This document shows positions 1-9,591 of a stretch of DNA of 64,000 bases, piece by piece. Position 1 is the stretch's first letter. Each line of letters starts with the position of its first letter. Location of the stretch: NCBI GenBank assembly GCA_963669175.1, contig OY769902.1:2752001-2816000 (forward strand), given 5' to 3'. Source of the stretch: a bacterium (lineage in GTDB: Bacteria; Electryoneota; Electryoneia; Electryoneales; Electryoneaceae). The notes beneath the pieces were generated by a model. It was not told the origin of the DNA, did not search any database, and was given only the letters and a program-made list of their open reading frames with translations. The translations under genes and the position numbers were made by a program.

Positions 1-6
1 GTCGCT

Positions 7-897
7 TTGGTGGAAATGGTCAGTCGCACAAAGTTGTTGAAAGAAGACGCTTCAATGGGAATTGTATTCCCGGTTCTTTTCAGCATCGGTGTTATCCTGA
101 TCAGCAGATACAGCGGCAATATTCACCTGGATACGGATTCGGTACTGCTTGGCGAGCTGGCGCTGGCTCCTTTTGATCGTCTGGTCATCGGCGGCCATGA
201 TATCGGTCCACTGGGGGCGTATACCATGGGCGGGGCAGTCCTGTTGAACCTGGCATTTATCATCCTTTTCTACAAGGAACTGAAGCTCTCAACATTTGAT
301 CCGGGGTTGGCCGCAGCCATTGGCTTTTCTCCGGCGTTGTTACATTATAGTCATATGGCGCTGGTTTCGGTTACAGCGGTTGGGGCGTTTGACGTAGTCG
401 GTTCCATTCTGGTTGTGGCACTAATGGTTGCGCCACCGGCATCGGCTTACCTGTTGACAGATCGATTGCCGGTCATGATTCTGCTGGCTTCGCTTTTTGG
501 AATCGCTTCAGCAATTCTTGGTTTCTGGACGGCGGTAGTACTGGATGCCTCGATTGCGGGCACAATGGCAAGCTGGACAGGGATAATCTTCCTGCTGGTT
601 TTCCTGTTTGCACCGGATCGTGGGATTGTTGCCATGGTTCTGAGACGACACAGACAGCGTGGCGATTTCGCACTCAGGATGCTGGTTGTACACCTGTTGC
701 AGCACGAGAACGAACCCAATGCGTTGGATGAATGCCGTATCGATCACCTTCAGGATCATTTCCGCTGGGACCAGGTTTTTGCCGGACGGATTATTAAACT
801 GGGGAAACGGCGCGGCGTGCTGAGTACGGCTGGCGACAAACTGGTTCTGCAACAGGATGGAAGAGTGCTGGCACAACGGGCGGTTTCGGAGAGTTAA
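7..897 (+). CDS. Mn/Zn/Fe ABC transporter permease (TroD/ZnuB family) with C-terminal DtxR-like domain; 5' end lies outside the window
   Basis: Hydrophobic ORF with family motifs KEDASMGIVFPVLFSIG, HLDTDSVLLGE, FYKELKLSTFDPGLAAAIG and VGSILVVALMVAPPASAYLLTDRL; soluble C-terminal tail. Confidence 0.88.
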   Translation: MVEMVSRTKLLKEDASMGIVFPVLFSIGVILISRYSGNIHLDTDSVLLGELALAPFDRLVIGGHDIGPLGAYTMGGAVLLNLAFIILFYKELKLSTFDPGLAAAIGFSPALLHYSHMALVSVTAVGAFDVVGSILVVALMVAPPASAYLLTDRLPVMILLASLFGIASAILGFWTAVVLDASIAGTMASWTGIIFLLVFLFAPDRGIVAMVLRRHRQRGDFALRMLVVHLLQHENEPNALDECRIDHLQDHFRWDQVFAGRIIKLGKRRGVLSTAGDKLVLQQDGRVLAQRAVSES

Positions 898-979
898 TGA
901 CTCTGATAGTGGTTATCAATGCTTAAAAGATGTATTTTGCCATTTGAAAAATTTTCATCATACAACGAGCGGGTAACAG

Positions 980-1486
980 ATGGGTTCACCGTTTGATGAT
1001 GGCAAAACACGGTATCTCGGGATAGGGGATTTCGCTGCATCCAATACCCCTGAAGAGGTGCTGCGGACCATGGGACTTGGGTCTTGTGTTGGCATTGTGC
1101 TGCTTGCGCCAAATCACAAGGCGATTGGCTTGGCGCATATAGCTTTGCCTTCATCCAGGACAAATCCGACCAGGGCCAGGACAAAACCAGGCGCATACGC
1201 GGATACCGCAATTCCCGCGCTGATTCGTGAGATGCAGAAGATAGGTGTGGTGTCTTCAACCCAGGTTGTGGCGAAGATTGCCGGGGGAGCAGCCGTGGTT
1301 GACCCGCACAATGTGTTCAATATCGGATCACGAAACCAGGAAATGGTCAAGCGTGTGCTGAATCATTACAACATTCGTATCGTTGCTACGGAATTGGGCG
1401 GATCGATCAGTAGAAATATTTCGGTTTTTGTTCACAATGGGAGGGTGATTATTTCATCAGCAGGCAAAGGAGAGTGGGATTTATGA
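980..1486 (+). CDS. cheD: chemoreceptor glutamine deamidase CheD
   Basis: LRTMGLGSCVG catalytic Cys motif, GLAHIALP, YADTAIP, AKIAGGA, NIGSRN. Confidence 0.92.
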   Translation: MGSPFDDGKTRYLGIGDFAASNTPEEVLRTMGLGSCVGIVLLAPNHKAIGLAHIALPSSRTNPTRARTKPGAYADTAIPALIREMQKIGVVSSTQVVAKIAGGAAVVDPHNVFNIGSRNQEMVKRVLNHYNIRIVATELGGSISRNISVFVHNGRVIISSAGKGEWDL

Positions 1487-2322
1487 AGTTGCCGGAAAAC
1501 TTGCTGAAAAAGGTGGAAAGTCTGCCTGTGCTGTCCAGCGTGGCCGGAAGGCTGATAGCGCTGGTGAACAGTTCGGACTATTCGCTGGAAGAAGTCGCCA
1601 AGCTGGTGTCGCAGGACGCTTTCTTGACCGGTAAGGTACTCAGACTGGCGAATTCTGCCGCGTATGCTCGTGGCAATACCTTTACCACAGTGCAGCGTGC
1701 TGTACCCCATATCGGTGGACGTGCTGTGATGGGGCTGGTTCTGGGCGACAGCGCCAAGGGATTGTACAATGATGGCCTGAATGGGTACGCTGCAGAACAT
1801 ATCGGGTTGTGGGAGCACTCTCTGCATACAGCGCTGGCAGCCAAGGAAATCGCTCAGTTCACCAAGGGCAAGGTTGTCCCGGATGAAGCGTTTACCGCTG
1901 GTCTGCTGCACGATATAGGAAAAGCGGTGCTGTCGGAGTTCCTGGCCATCGATGCCAAAACCGAAGATCGAAGGAATTACCTCAATACAGAACGAAAGCG
2001 TTCCGGATCGGACCATGCCACAGTCAGCCATGCTATTGTGCAGCATTGGGGACTGCCGCAGGCGATTGAACAGGTTACCCTCTTCCATCATGCGCCACAG
2101 AATGCAGATGAAGAGTACAAGGCGCTGGTTTTTACCGTTCATCTTGCCGACTTCGTTTCCATGATGCACGGCAAAGGGACAGGTGTGGATGCGCTTGCCT
2201 ATACCCTGGATGGATCCTATACAGAATATGTCACTATAACGGACATCCAGCTGGAAAACATTGTTCTAGTAATTGAGGACGAATTTCAGGCAATCTTTCA
2301 GGATATGAAACCAGGCACATGA
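1483..2322 (+). CDS. HDOD domain signalling protein
   Basis: LPVL...SQDAFLTGKVLRLANSA, LWEHS, AFTAGLLHDIGK, WGLP, FHH; start overlaps the cheD stop (ATGA). Confidence 0.9.
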   Translation: MKLPENLLKKVESLPVLSSVAGRLIALVNSSDYSLEEVAKLVSQDAFLTGKVLRLANSAAYARGNTFTTVQRAVPHIGGRAVMGLVLGDSAKGLYNDGLNGYAAEHIGLWEHSLHTALAAKEIAQFTKGKVVPDEAFTAGLLHDIGKAVLSEFLAIDAKTEDRRNYLNTERKRSGSDHATVSHAIVQHWGLPQAIEQVTLFHHAPQNADEEYKALVFTVHLADFVSMMHGKGTGVDALAYTLDGSYTEYVTITDIQLENIVLVIEDEFQAIFQDMKPGT

Positions 2323-2327
2323 TACTC

Positions 2328-2570
2328 AATTAAGAATTAAAAATTAAGAATTAATGCGAGAGAATCAAGAATGGAGGATTGATAACTAGAAATTAGGAAT
2401 TAGGAATTAGAAATTAGGAATTATTATATGATGTAAGCATTTGTTATGAGGTCGTGATTATTTTTAATTCAACAACTTTAAAACTTTAAAACTTTAAAAC
2501 TTTAAAACTTTACAACTTTGAAACTTTCAAACCTTTTTCACTTTCTTTACTTTTTCACTTTTTTCACTTC
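2328..2570. repeat. AT-rich intergenic tandem repeats: 7-mers AATTA(A/G)(G/A), 8-mers AACTTTAA, degenerate 9-mers
   Basis: aattaag-aattaaa-aattaag; aattagg-aattagg-aattaga-aattagg; aactttaa x4 followed by degenerate (a/c)acttt units. Confidence 0.85.
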
Positions 2571-2585
2571 CAAACGAGATCCAAC

Positions 2586-4031
2586 ATGAGCAAAGATCTA
2601 CAAAAAGACATAGAAGTATCAGCACCTCCTCTTGGACGTGGTATCTACTGCAACAGAACTTTAAACCTGAATGCCATTCGTGCGATCGGGTATGACATGG
2701 ACTATACGCTGGTTCATTACAATTCCGACGACTGGGAGCGAATTGCATACTATTACCTGAAACTGAAATTGCAGGAACAGGGCTTTCCGGTTGATGATCT
2801 TGAGTTCGATACAAGCCTGATCATGCGTGGCCTGTCGCTTGACATGGAGCTGGGCAACCTTGTAAAAGCCAATCGTTTCAATTTCATCAAGCAGGCCATG
2901 CACGGCACTCGTCCATTAAGCTTCGAAGAACAGAAGACAACCTATGCTCGAGTTCCGGCTGAATTGGGGAACTCCCGTTTTCGCTTCCTGAATACCCTGT
3001 TTTCGCTTTCTGAAGCATGTATGTATGCCCAGTTGGTGGGCAAGATGGATGCCGGGGAATTTCCTGAGGGAATGGGCTATACGGACCTGGCGCATATTAT
3101 ATCACGCAGCCTGGATGAAGCGCATACCGAGGGACAACTAAAAGCGGAAATCCTGGCTAATCCGGAGAAGTACATCGTTCTTGATCCGGAGATGCCGTTG
3201 GCATTGCTGGATCAACGTGCTGCCGGGAAAAAACTGCTCCTGATCACCAATTCGGATTGGGCCTATACTCTGAAGATCATGACCTATGCGATGGATCCCT
3301 TCCTTCCCGGGGGGATGACCTGGCGTGATCTGTTCCATATCATCATCGTCTCGGCCCGTAAACCGGCCTTTTTTGAACGTAATGAACCGGCCTTTGAGAT
3401 TATTAACGATGAAGGCCACATGAAGCCTGTCATCGGGACGCTCGAAGAAGGGAAATGTTATGTTGGCGCATGCGCGTCCCTGGTCGAGCGTTCGCTTGGC
3501 TGTTCCGGGGAAGAGCTGCTATATGTTGGCGATCATCTGTTCTCCGATGTTCATGTTACCAAAAGCCTGATGCGGTGGAGAACCGGATTGGTGGTGCGTG
3601 AAATCGAAGAAGAGCTGGCCGCGTTGGAAACATTCAGGGGCAACCAGTGTGAACTGGTGAAGCTGATGCAGGAGAAGGAAAAGCTTGAACATCAACTGAA
3701 CCAGGTGCGATTGTATCAGCAGAGAAAACGCGAGAAGTATGGCGCTGGAAGAGAAATAAAAGGCGATGTGTTGCGTGCTGCAAAGAATGAATTGTGGACC
3801 AAACTTAAAGCTCTGGATGAGAAAATCAGTCCATTAGCGCATGAATCCTCGCATCTGATGCACCCACGGTGGGGGCTGCTTATGCGTGCCGGGAATGATA
3901 AATCCCAGTTTGCCCGTCAACTGGAACAATATTCGGACATTTACCTGTCACGTGTTTCGAATTTCCTGTATGCATCGCCCTTTGCATATATCCGTTCGAC
4001 CTACAGCAGCTTGCCGCATGATAGAGGATAG
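2586..4031 (+). CDS. HAD-IG family (cN-II-like, IMP/GMP) 5'-nucleotidase
   Basis: IYCNRTLNL...AIGYDMDYTLVHY (HAD motif I), LLITNS, SARKPAFF, YVGDHLFSDV, WRTGLVVRE. Confidence 0.93.
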   Translation: MSKDLQKDIEVSAPPLGRGIYCNRTLNLNAIRAIGYDMDYTLVHYNSDDWERIAYYYLKLKLQEQGFPVDDLEFDTSLIMRGLSLDMELGNLVKANRFNFIKQAMHGTRPLSFEEQKTTYARVPAELGNSRFRFLNTLFSLSEACMYAQLVGKMDAGEFPEGMGYTDLAHIISRSLDEAHTEGQLKAEILANPEKYIVLDPEMPLALLDQRAAGKKLLLITNSDWAYTLKIMTYAMDPFLPGGMTWRDLFHIIIVSARKPAFFERNEPAFEIINDEGHMKPVIGTLEEGKCYVGACASLVERSLGCSGEELLYVGDHLFSDVHVTKSLMRWRTGLVVREIEEELAALETFRGNQCELVKLMQEKEKLEHQLNQVRLYQQRKREKYGAGREIKGDVLRAAKNELWTKLKALDEKISPLAHESSHLMHPRWGLLMRAGNDKSQFARQLEQYSDIYLSRVSNFLYASPFAYIRSTYSSLPHDRG

Positions 4032-4070
4032 CTACAGGGAAAAGGCAAGAGGTACTTGAAAGTCAGATAA

Positions 4071-4100
4071 ACACAAAAGCCCCGAAAGGGGCTTTTGTGT
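4071..4100. terminator. bidirectional intrinsic terminator
   Basis: acacaaaagcccc-gaaa-ggggcttttgtgt, a perfect hairpin between convergent genes. Confidence 0.88.
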
Positions 4101-4124
4101 CATACAGAAAACGGGATGCCGTCT

Positions 4125-4733
4125 CTAGTCTTCTTCGTACTCCTGACCAAGGATATCCGTAACCTTGCGCATCAGGTCATCGAGATCCGGTGGTTTGTCG
4201 ATATAAAAATCGACCCGGAGATCCTTGGTTGCATCCTTCACCAGCTCATCAATAAAGCCGGAAAGAATAATGATATGAGTGCCCTGCAGGTTGTTTTCCT
4301 GACGCAGCATGGAGGCGATACGAACGCCGTCGGTGCCGGGCAGGTGCAGATCGAGAATCACCAGGTCTGGCTGATGCTTGATCAATAACAATCCAGCTTT
4401 TGCAATGTCATGTGTCCCAAGCACAACACGATCATCACGTTTCAGAGTCTCAACCAGGGTATCTACAATCGCAGGCTCATCATCAATAATCAACACTGTG
4501 GGAGGACGTGAAGCCTTTTCCCACTGCGCTGGAACATCAAAACCGTGCTCACGACAAAAACGAACCATCTCATCAGCAGAAATCCGGTAGTGCCCACCGG
4601 GAGTAGATCCGGACTTCAACTGCCCCCGTTTGATCCAGTTTGCAACTGTTTCCGGGGTAACATGACAATGCCGGGCTATCTCGCCAGTCGTGAACCACAA
4701 TTTGCGTGGCTTTTTCTTTGAGGTTGACGCCAT
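4125..4733 (-). CDS. response regulator with N-terminal excisionase/MerR-like HTH and C-terminal receiver domain
   Basis: FTTGEIARHCHVTPETVANWIKRGQL...TPGGHYRI, then VLIIDDE, DLVILDLHLPGTDG, ILSG, KP. Confidence 0.9.
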   Translation of the reverse strand: MASTSKKKPRKLWFTTGEIARHCHVTPETVANWIKRGQLKSGSTPGGHYRISADEMVRFCREHGFDVPAQWEKASRPPTVLIIDDEPAIVDTLVETLKRDDRVVLGTHDIAKAGLLLIKHQPDLVILDLHLPGTDGVRIASMLRQENNLQGTHIIILSGFIDELVKDATKDLRVDFYIDKPPDLDDLMRKVTDILGQEYEED

Positions 4734-4987
4734 CTGGTCACCTTTCTACGCATGAGCGGTGAAACAACAGATCCGGGTAATAGGGTCACAATCCACCGAA
4801 ATCACATCAAAAGGTTAGAATTTCACAACCCACCTTCAGTAGCATCCCAATATACACTACTGGAGCGGGATTGGCAAAGTAGTAATTGCTAGAAAGCAAA
4901 GTAATACTGCCATTGATGATTTAGCTGATTATCAAGAATTTATCCCTGATGTGAAAACTATACGCCGAGACGTACTCGTAACTTTTT

Positions 4988-6541
4988 CTATGCGTTCATA
5001 TCTGACCATCTCTTTGCCATCTGTGCAAAAATGATCAGCGCGACGACTGCGACTGCACCGATAACGGCAAAAGGTGTCCAGACATTGTATTGTGGATTAT
5101 ACATATCCCACAGAAGACGAGTGGCGCCAAGCGCGTCCATTCCGGTGACTTCCTGCAACTTCAGGAAGGCTTCGGTTCTGGACACATTCAGCAAGTCAGT
5201 AAGTGCATTCGGATTGCCATTCCAGACCTTCCCAGCGCCCAGTGATGTGTACTCAAACAGGTATTTCTGAGCGAGGACTGCCTTTTCACCGAAGTTTCCG
5301 TAAAAGTATCCAGCCATCACAGAACCGGTATAACCGCCGATACCGACCGGAATATTAACATAACCAAGGTAGAGTCCCTTTTTCCCCGGCGGGGCAATCA
5401 GGCCCAGGTATTCATTCTTTTTCGGGCCGGTAAGCATTTCACCCGTGGAGAAAAAGATAACACCCAGCAGGAACATCCAGCCAACAGAAGTAAATCCTGC
5501 GACGATAATACCGCCCATGGCGATCATCATACCCAAGACCATGGCTTCCAGGGTACGCAGCTTACGTACTGCCCAGGAAATCGGGATCATGAAAGCAATA
5601 ATAAAACCGGCGTTCAGGTTCAACAGGTATTCCTGCGGAACTTGCGGCCCTCGATCCGTCATCACAACCCAGCTCTCGGGCAGGAAGGGGATGGAGGAGA
5701 TAAACGATGCCACTCCGCCACTGTTATTCCAGTCGGTCAGGAAGTTTGGATGCAGATCCCAAAGCTGGTACATCATCAGCCAGAAACAGCTCATGATCAG
5801 CAGCCAGGTAATCAGACGCGGTTCGAAGATATTCTTCAGGGTGCGTGCAAACACTTGCAACGGGTTTTCCGTCTTGTCCGCACCGGATGCATAGTCCTTA
5901 AAGGTGAACAGCATCAGGTAGTTCAACGATGTAATGATGGCCGATGCGATGAAAAGGTGACGCCAGGAATACTCGTGACGCAGGTGACCGGCAAGGAATG
6001 GACCGGCGAACGCGCCAATGTTGACGACCCAGTAAAAGATACCCCAGCCGACAGAACTGTTTTTCTTGGACAGGTTCTGTGCCAGTGAACCCTGCAACGA
6101 GGGTTTGAAAAACGCTGTACCTGTTGCGAGAATGATAATCCCGGCGAAGAATCCCCAATAGGTGCGCATATAGGCCATCATGACATAGCCAATGATGTTC
6201 AGCGTCACCGAAAAACCAAGGGTTTTCTTATATCCGTAACGATCAGCATAACCACCGGTGAACATGGGCAGGATTGACTGGAAAATGAACCACCAGCCGT
6301 AAATCTGTCCCTTCTGCATGGCGGTGAAATGCAGACCACCCGGATCATCTGCCTGCATGATGTAAATGGCTACGACACTTCGGACAGCAAAATAGGCCAT
6401 CCGTTCCCACATCTCGATTCCGTTCAGCATCCAGTAGCCGAAGGGGAAGCCAAATAAGCGAAATCCCTGCTTCTCTTCAGTTTTTGTGACGTCTGCCAAT
6501 GCACCATCCTCGTTCGTTGGGACCCTGATTTGAGAAACCAT
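4988..6541 (-). CDS. POT/PTR-type MFS peptide transporter
   Basis: ExxER motif (IEMWERMAYF), GGYADRYG, FFKP, FYWVVNIG, GEM; about 12 hydrophobic segments. Confidence 0.88.
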   Translation of the reverse strand: MVSQIRVPTNEDGALADVTKTEEKQGFRLFGFPFGYWMLNGIEMWERMAYFAVRSVVAIYIMQADDPGGLHFTAMQKGQIYGWWFIFQSILPMFTGGYADRYGYKKTLGFSVTLNIIGYVMMAYMRTYWGFFAGIIILATGTAFFKPSLQGSLAQNLSKKNSSVGWGIFYWVVNIGAFAGPFLAGHLRHEYSWRHLFIASAIITSLNYLMLFTFKDYASGADKTENPLQVFARTLKNIFEPRLITWLLIMSCFWLMMYQLWDLHPNFLTDWNNSGGVASFISSIPFLPESWVVMTDRGPQVPQEYLLNLNAGFIIAFMIPISWAVRKLRTLEAMVLGMMIAMGGIIVAGFTSVGWMFLLGVIFFSTGEMLTGPKKNEYLGLIAPPGKKGLYLGYVNIPVGIGGYTGSVMAGYFYGNFGEKAVLAQKYLFEYTSLGAGKVWNGNPNALTDLLNVSRTEAFLKLQEVTGMDALGATRLLWDMYNPQYNVWTPFAVIGAVAVVALIIFAQMAKRWSDMNA

Positions 6542-6692
6542 AAGGTAACGAAAGGGAGGCCATATCGCCAGTAATCATTCTGCAACACACCATCTTTCCT
6601 TCAAGGAGTCAATACTCTTGTCTCAACGCATGGCAACTGGCGATCATGTTTGTTATTTTTTGCTCATCATTCATCCAGGACAAAGGTCGAAT

Positions 6693-7754
6693 ATGCGCAT
6701 CAAACCTGTGCTGCATAGTGCTGTTGTTTTCACATTTCTTGTTCTTGCCCTGCTTGGCATCGCACAGGAAGGGGAACAGGGAAACGCCCAAAGGGTTCGT
6801 ATCGGATTTGTCGGCGACACATTCTTGGGTAACTGGGCAGTCGCTTATCTCGATACGCATGGAGTCAGTTATCCTTACCAGGGAACACGGCACCTGTTCG
6901 AAGAAATGGATCTTGTTGTAGCGAACCTTGAAAGTCCTATCACAACAAGCGATTCAGCGTTTGTCGAGAAAACATATTTACTGAAGTCGCCTCCGGGGAT
7001 TGAAAAAGGATTGTATGAGGCGAATATCCGTGCCGTAAACCTTGCCAACAATCACATTCTGGATCGTGGTGTTCATGCACTGCAGGAGACGATGAACTAT
7101 TTGGATCGTGCCAATGTGAAACATTTCGGCGGCGGGATGAACAAGGAAGAGGCTATCCGTGAAGCAGTCATGGATATTAACGGCGTAAAAGTGGCGCTCC
7201 TTGGTTTCGCTGCCATTTTTCCCGAAGAGTTCTGGGCGGGTATTGATCGTCCTGGAGTGCCGTTTCCTTACCGTGAGGACGTGATAGAAGCGGTGGAGAG
7301 ATGCGTCCGTGAAAATGACCTGGTGATTGTGTCATTTCACTGGAGCGCTGAACTGCGTCCGGACCCCAAGGACTACCAGGTTGAGCTTGCGGAGTTGTGT
7401 ATCGATCTGGGGGTGGATGCGGTTATCGGGCATCACCCGCATATTCCCCAAAGTGTGGCGGTTTACAAAGGGAAACCCATCTTTTACAGCGTAGGGAATT
7501 TTGCGTTTGCTTCCTACAGCACATCTGCGAAAGTGGGCTTGCTGGCTGATATCGTTTTTGAGGGTGAAGAAGTCATAAGCGCACGTGTTATTCCACTCAA
7601 TGTTTTTAACGAGGAAGTCAATTTTAATCCATATCCGCTGCCACAAGAAAAGGCGGCCAAGTTTTTCACGTACCTCGACAGCCTGTCGGTACCGTTTAAT
7701 GATAGTCTGAGTATTATCGACCAGAACGGTAATCTGGATCTGACAAAGCGCTGA
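6693..7754 (+). CDS. CapA/PgsA family exported metallophosphoesterase
   Basis: Signal peptide; GFVGD, ANLESP, LANNHILDRG, VSFHW, IGHHPH, YSVGNF. Confidence 0.9.
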   Translation: MRIKPVLHSAVVFTFLVLALLGIAQEGEQGNAQRVRIGFVGDTFLGNWAVAYLDTHGVSYPYQGTRHLFEEMDLVVANLESPITTSDSAFVEKTYLLKSPPGIEKGLYEANIRAVNLANNHILDRGVHALQETMNYLDRANVKHFGGGMNKEEAIREAVMDINGVKVALLGFAAIFPEEFWAGIDRPGVPFPYREDVIEAVERCVRENDLVIVSFHWSAELRPDPKDYQVELAELCIDLGVDAVIGHHPHIPQSVAVYKGKPIFYSVGNFAFASYSTSAKVGLLADIVFEGEEVISARVIPLNVFNEEVNFNPYPLPQEKAAKFFTYLDSLSVPFNDSLSIIDQNGNLDLTKR

Positions 7755-7760
7755 CTGCAG

Positions 7761-7780
7761 CCCGGACATGCTTGTCCGGG
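7761..7780. terminator. hairpin between convergent genes (possible terminator)
   Basis: cccggaca-tgct-tgtccggg; no clear U-tract. Confidence 0.45.
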
Positions 7781-7810
7781 AATTCAGATGTTCAATATTT
7801 CTGCAATCCG

Positions 7811-8797
7811 CTATTCTTCTGTTTTCAATCCCCAGAACCGGATCGTATTATCCCGAGCGCAACTGATTACCCATTGATTATCAGGCGTAACGATCACATT
7901 TGTAACCTGGTCCTGGTGTCCGATCAATGAGCCGGCGATCCGGCTGGTGAGCATATCCCACATCATGATAACCCGATCATCGCCGGCGCTGAACAGGATG
8001 TTGCCATCGCTTGAGAAGCAGACTGTTTTAACCCAACCGCTTGTATGGTCAAACCTGTTTCGAATAGTCCCTGTCTCAGCATTCCAGACCCACAGATCCG
8101 CGCCATCGGTTCCCGAGGCGATCTGTTTTCCGTTCGGATTATAAGCCAACGCTTTTGGCGCCAGGTTATCCTGGCTGAACGCGGAAATCTCTTCCCCGGT
8201 TTGCGCATCCCATATGACGATGCGGGAGTCATTGCCGCCGCTGGCCAGCCATTTCCCATCCGGACTGAATGCGAGGCCGTTCACATGACCAATCTGGTGT
8301 CCACGCAACATGTGATTCAGCGTAAACGATTCCGTTTCCCTGATATTGACTGTGGCGTCCCAGCTCCCCGTAGCCAGTAAAGTCCCATCCGGACTGAATT
8401 CCAGGGCTACCACATCATCAGTATGGTCACGCAACGTAGCGACAACGGAATGTTTCTTCATGTTATAGATAATTACTGTGTTGTCATCAGAGGCCGTAGC
8501 CAGCAGCGATCCATCATGATTGAACGCCAGTGACCTGACCCAATCCTTATGCGCCTGCCATATCCACTGTCGTTTGCCTTCCGGGAAAGAATAGAAGAGG
8601 ATGGAACCATCCGAACAACCTGCGGCAAGCAGTTTCCCGTCAGGACTGATTGCCAGGGACAGGGCAAACTTGGGGCTGAGATCAATCGTTTGTTCCCAAG
8701 CCAGATCTTTGGGATTGGTGGATATAGTCGGCTGTACCGAGCTGCATCCGACCAGAAGCAGCGCAGAAAACAATATGGTCAATGAATACCGTATCAC
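7811..8797 (-). CDS. WD40-repeat beta-propeller lipoprotein
   Basis: About 7 GH...FSPDG...LASG..D..WD repeats; lipobox LLVGC after the probable GTG start at 8797. Confidence 0.88.
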   Translation of the reverse strand: MIRYSLTILFSALLLVGCSSVQPTISTNPKDLAWEQTIDLSPKFALSLAISPDGKLLAAGCSDGSILFYSFPEGKRQWIWQAHKDWVRSLAFNHDGSLLATASDDNTVIIYNMKKHSVVATLRDHTDDVVALEFSPDGTLLATGSWDATVNIRETESFTLNHMLRGHQIGHVNGLAFSPDGKWLASGGNDSRIVIWDAQTGEEISAFSQDNLAPKALAYNPNGKQIASGTDGADLWVWNAETGTIRNRFDHTSGWVKTVCFSSDGNILFSAGDDRVIMMWDMLTSRIAGSLIGHQDQVTNVIVTPDNQWVISCARDNTIRFWGLKTEE

Positions 8798-8854
8798 GTA
8801 ATCCTCTTCTCTATCTTGGAGTTGCGTCAGATTCTTCACGAAAAATCAGAATAT

Positions 8855-9472
8855 TCAGGTCTTTTGATAAACGTTTTTCGCACGAAAAAGGTGATGTTGC
8901 CAGTCCGCAATGGTACAAATGTCATATTTGATATCCATCAGGTCAACCTGAAGATTCACAGCTTTGAGGGATTTTACAATCGCTTCGAGAGGACTCATTT
9001 GATCAGGATCAATTTCAGGGAAAAAGGCAGGATGAAATCGACGAGCGCCGAGCAGATACCAATTGCCGGAGATTGCCGGTCCGATCACAGCATCAGAAGA
9101 ATCAAGCCGCTTGAACGCATCAACAATAATTGCTGAAGTGACGGATGGCGTATGAACATCCAGAACAACAACATGGGATGCGCCGCGAAGAAATGCCCGC
9201 TCCAGCAGGCGTCCTGTTCTGGAAGAGAAATTATCACCCGATTGTATCCACGATTTCCGGCCGGGGAAAAAGGAGTTCTGCTCCGGTTGACTGGACCACG
9301 CAATGACTGTTTTTATCTCTTTTGGAATTTGCCAGAGCACTTCTGATATATTGGATAGCAGACCCTGATATACAGCGAGTGTCTGTTCCCACCCGGATTC
9401 TTCAGGGGGAAAATGGCTCAGCTTTCCAATGTCCGGAGGATCAGCCGTGACGATCAAATGGTAGTTTGGCAT
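8855..9472 (-). CDS. DUF2064/TIGR04282-like glycosyltransferase homologue (degenerate)
   Basis: QSGDNF, AFKRLDSSDAVIGPA...YLLG pattern typical of DUF2064; start uncertain (9472 or 9547). Confidence 0.65.
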   Translation of the reverse strand: MPNYHLIVTADPPDIGKLSHFPPEESGWEQTLAVYQGLLSNISEVLWQIPKEIKTVIAWSSQPEQNSFFPGRKSWIQSGDNFSSRTGRLLERAFLRGASHVVVLDVHTPSVTSAIIVDAFKRLDSSDAVIGPAISGNWYLLGARRFHPAFFPEIDPDQMSPLEAIVKSLKAVNLQVDLMDIKYDICTIADWQHHLFRAKNVYQKT

Positions 9473-9591
9473 GATGTTACAGTTGGTTTGGAGAATGATG
9501 AAAAAAAAGCTCAGCCAAGATAACGTCAAATGATGGTACATGTCCATGATAGTGGACCATACCTGGGAGGATGCAGAAGAAACAGGTTTCT

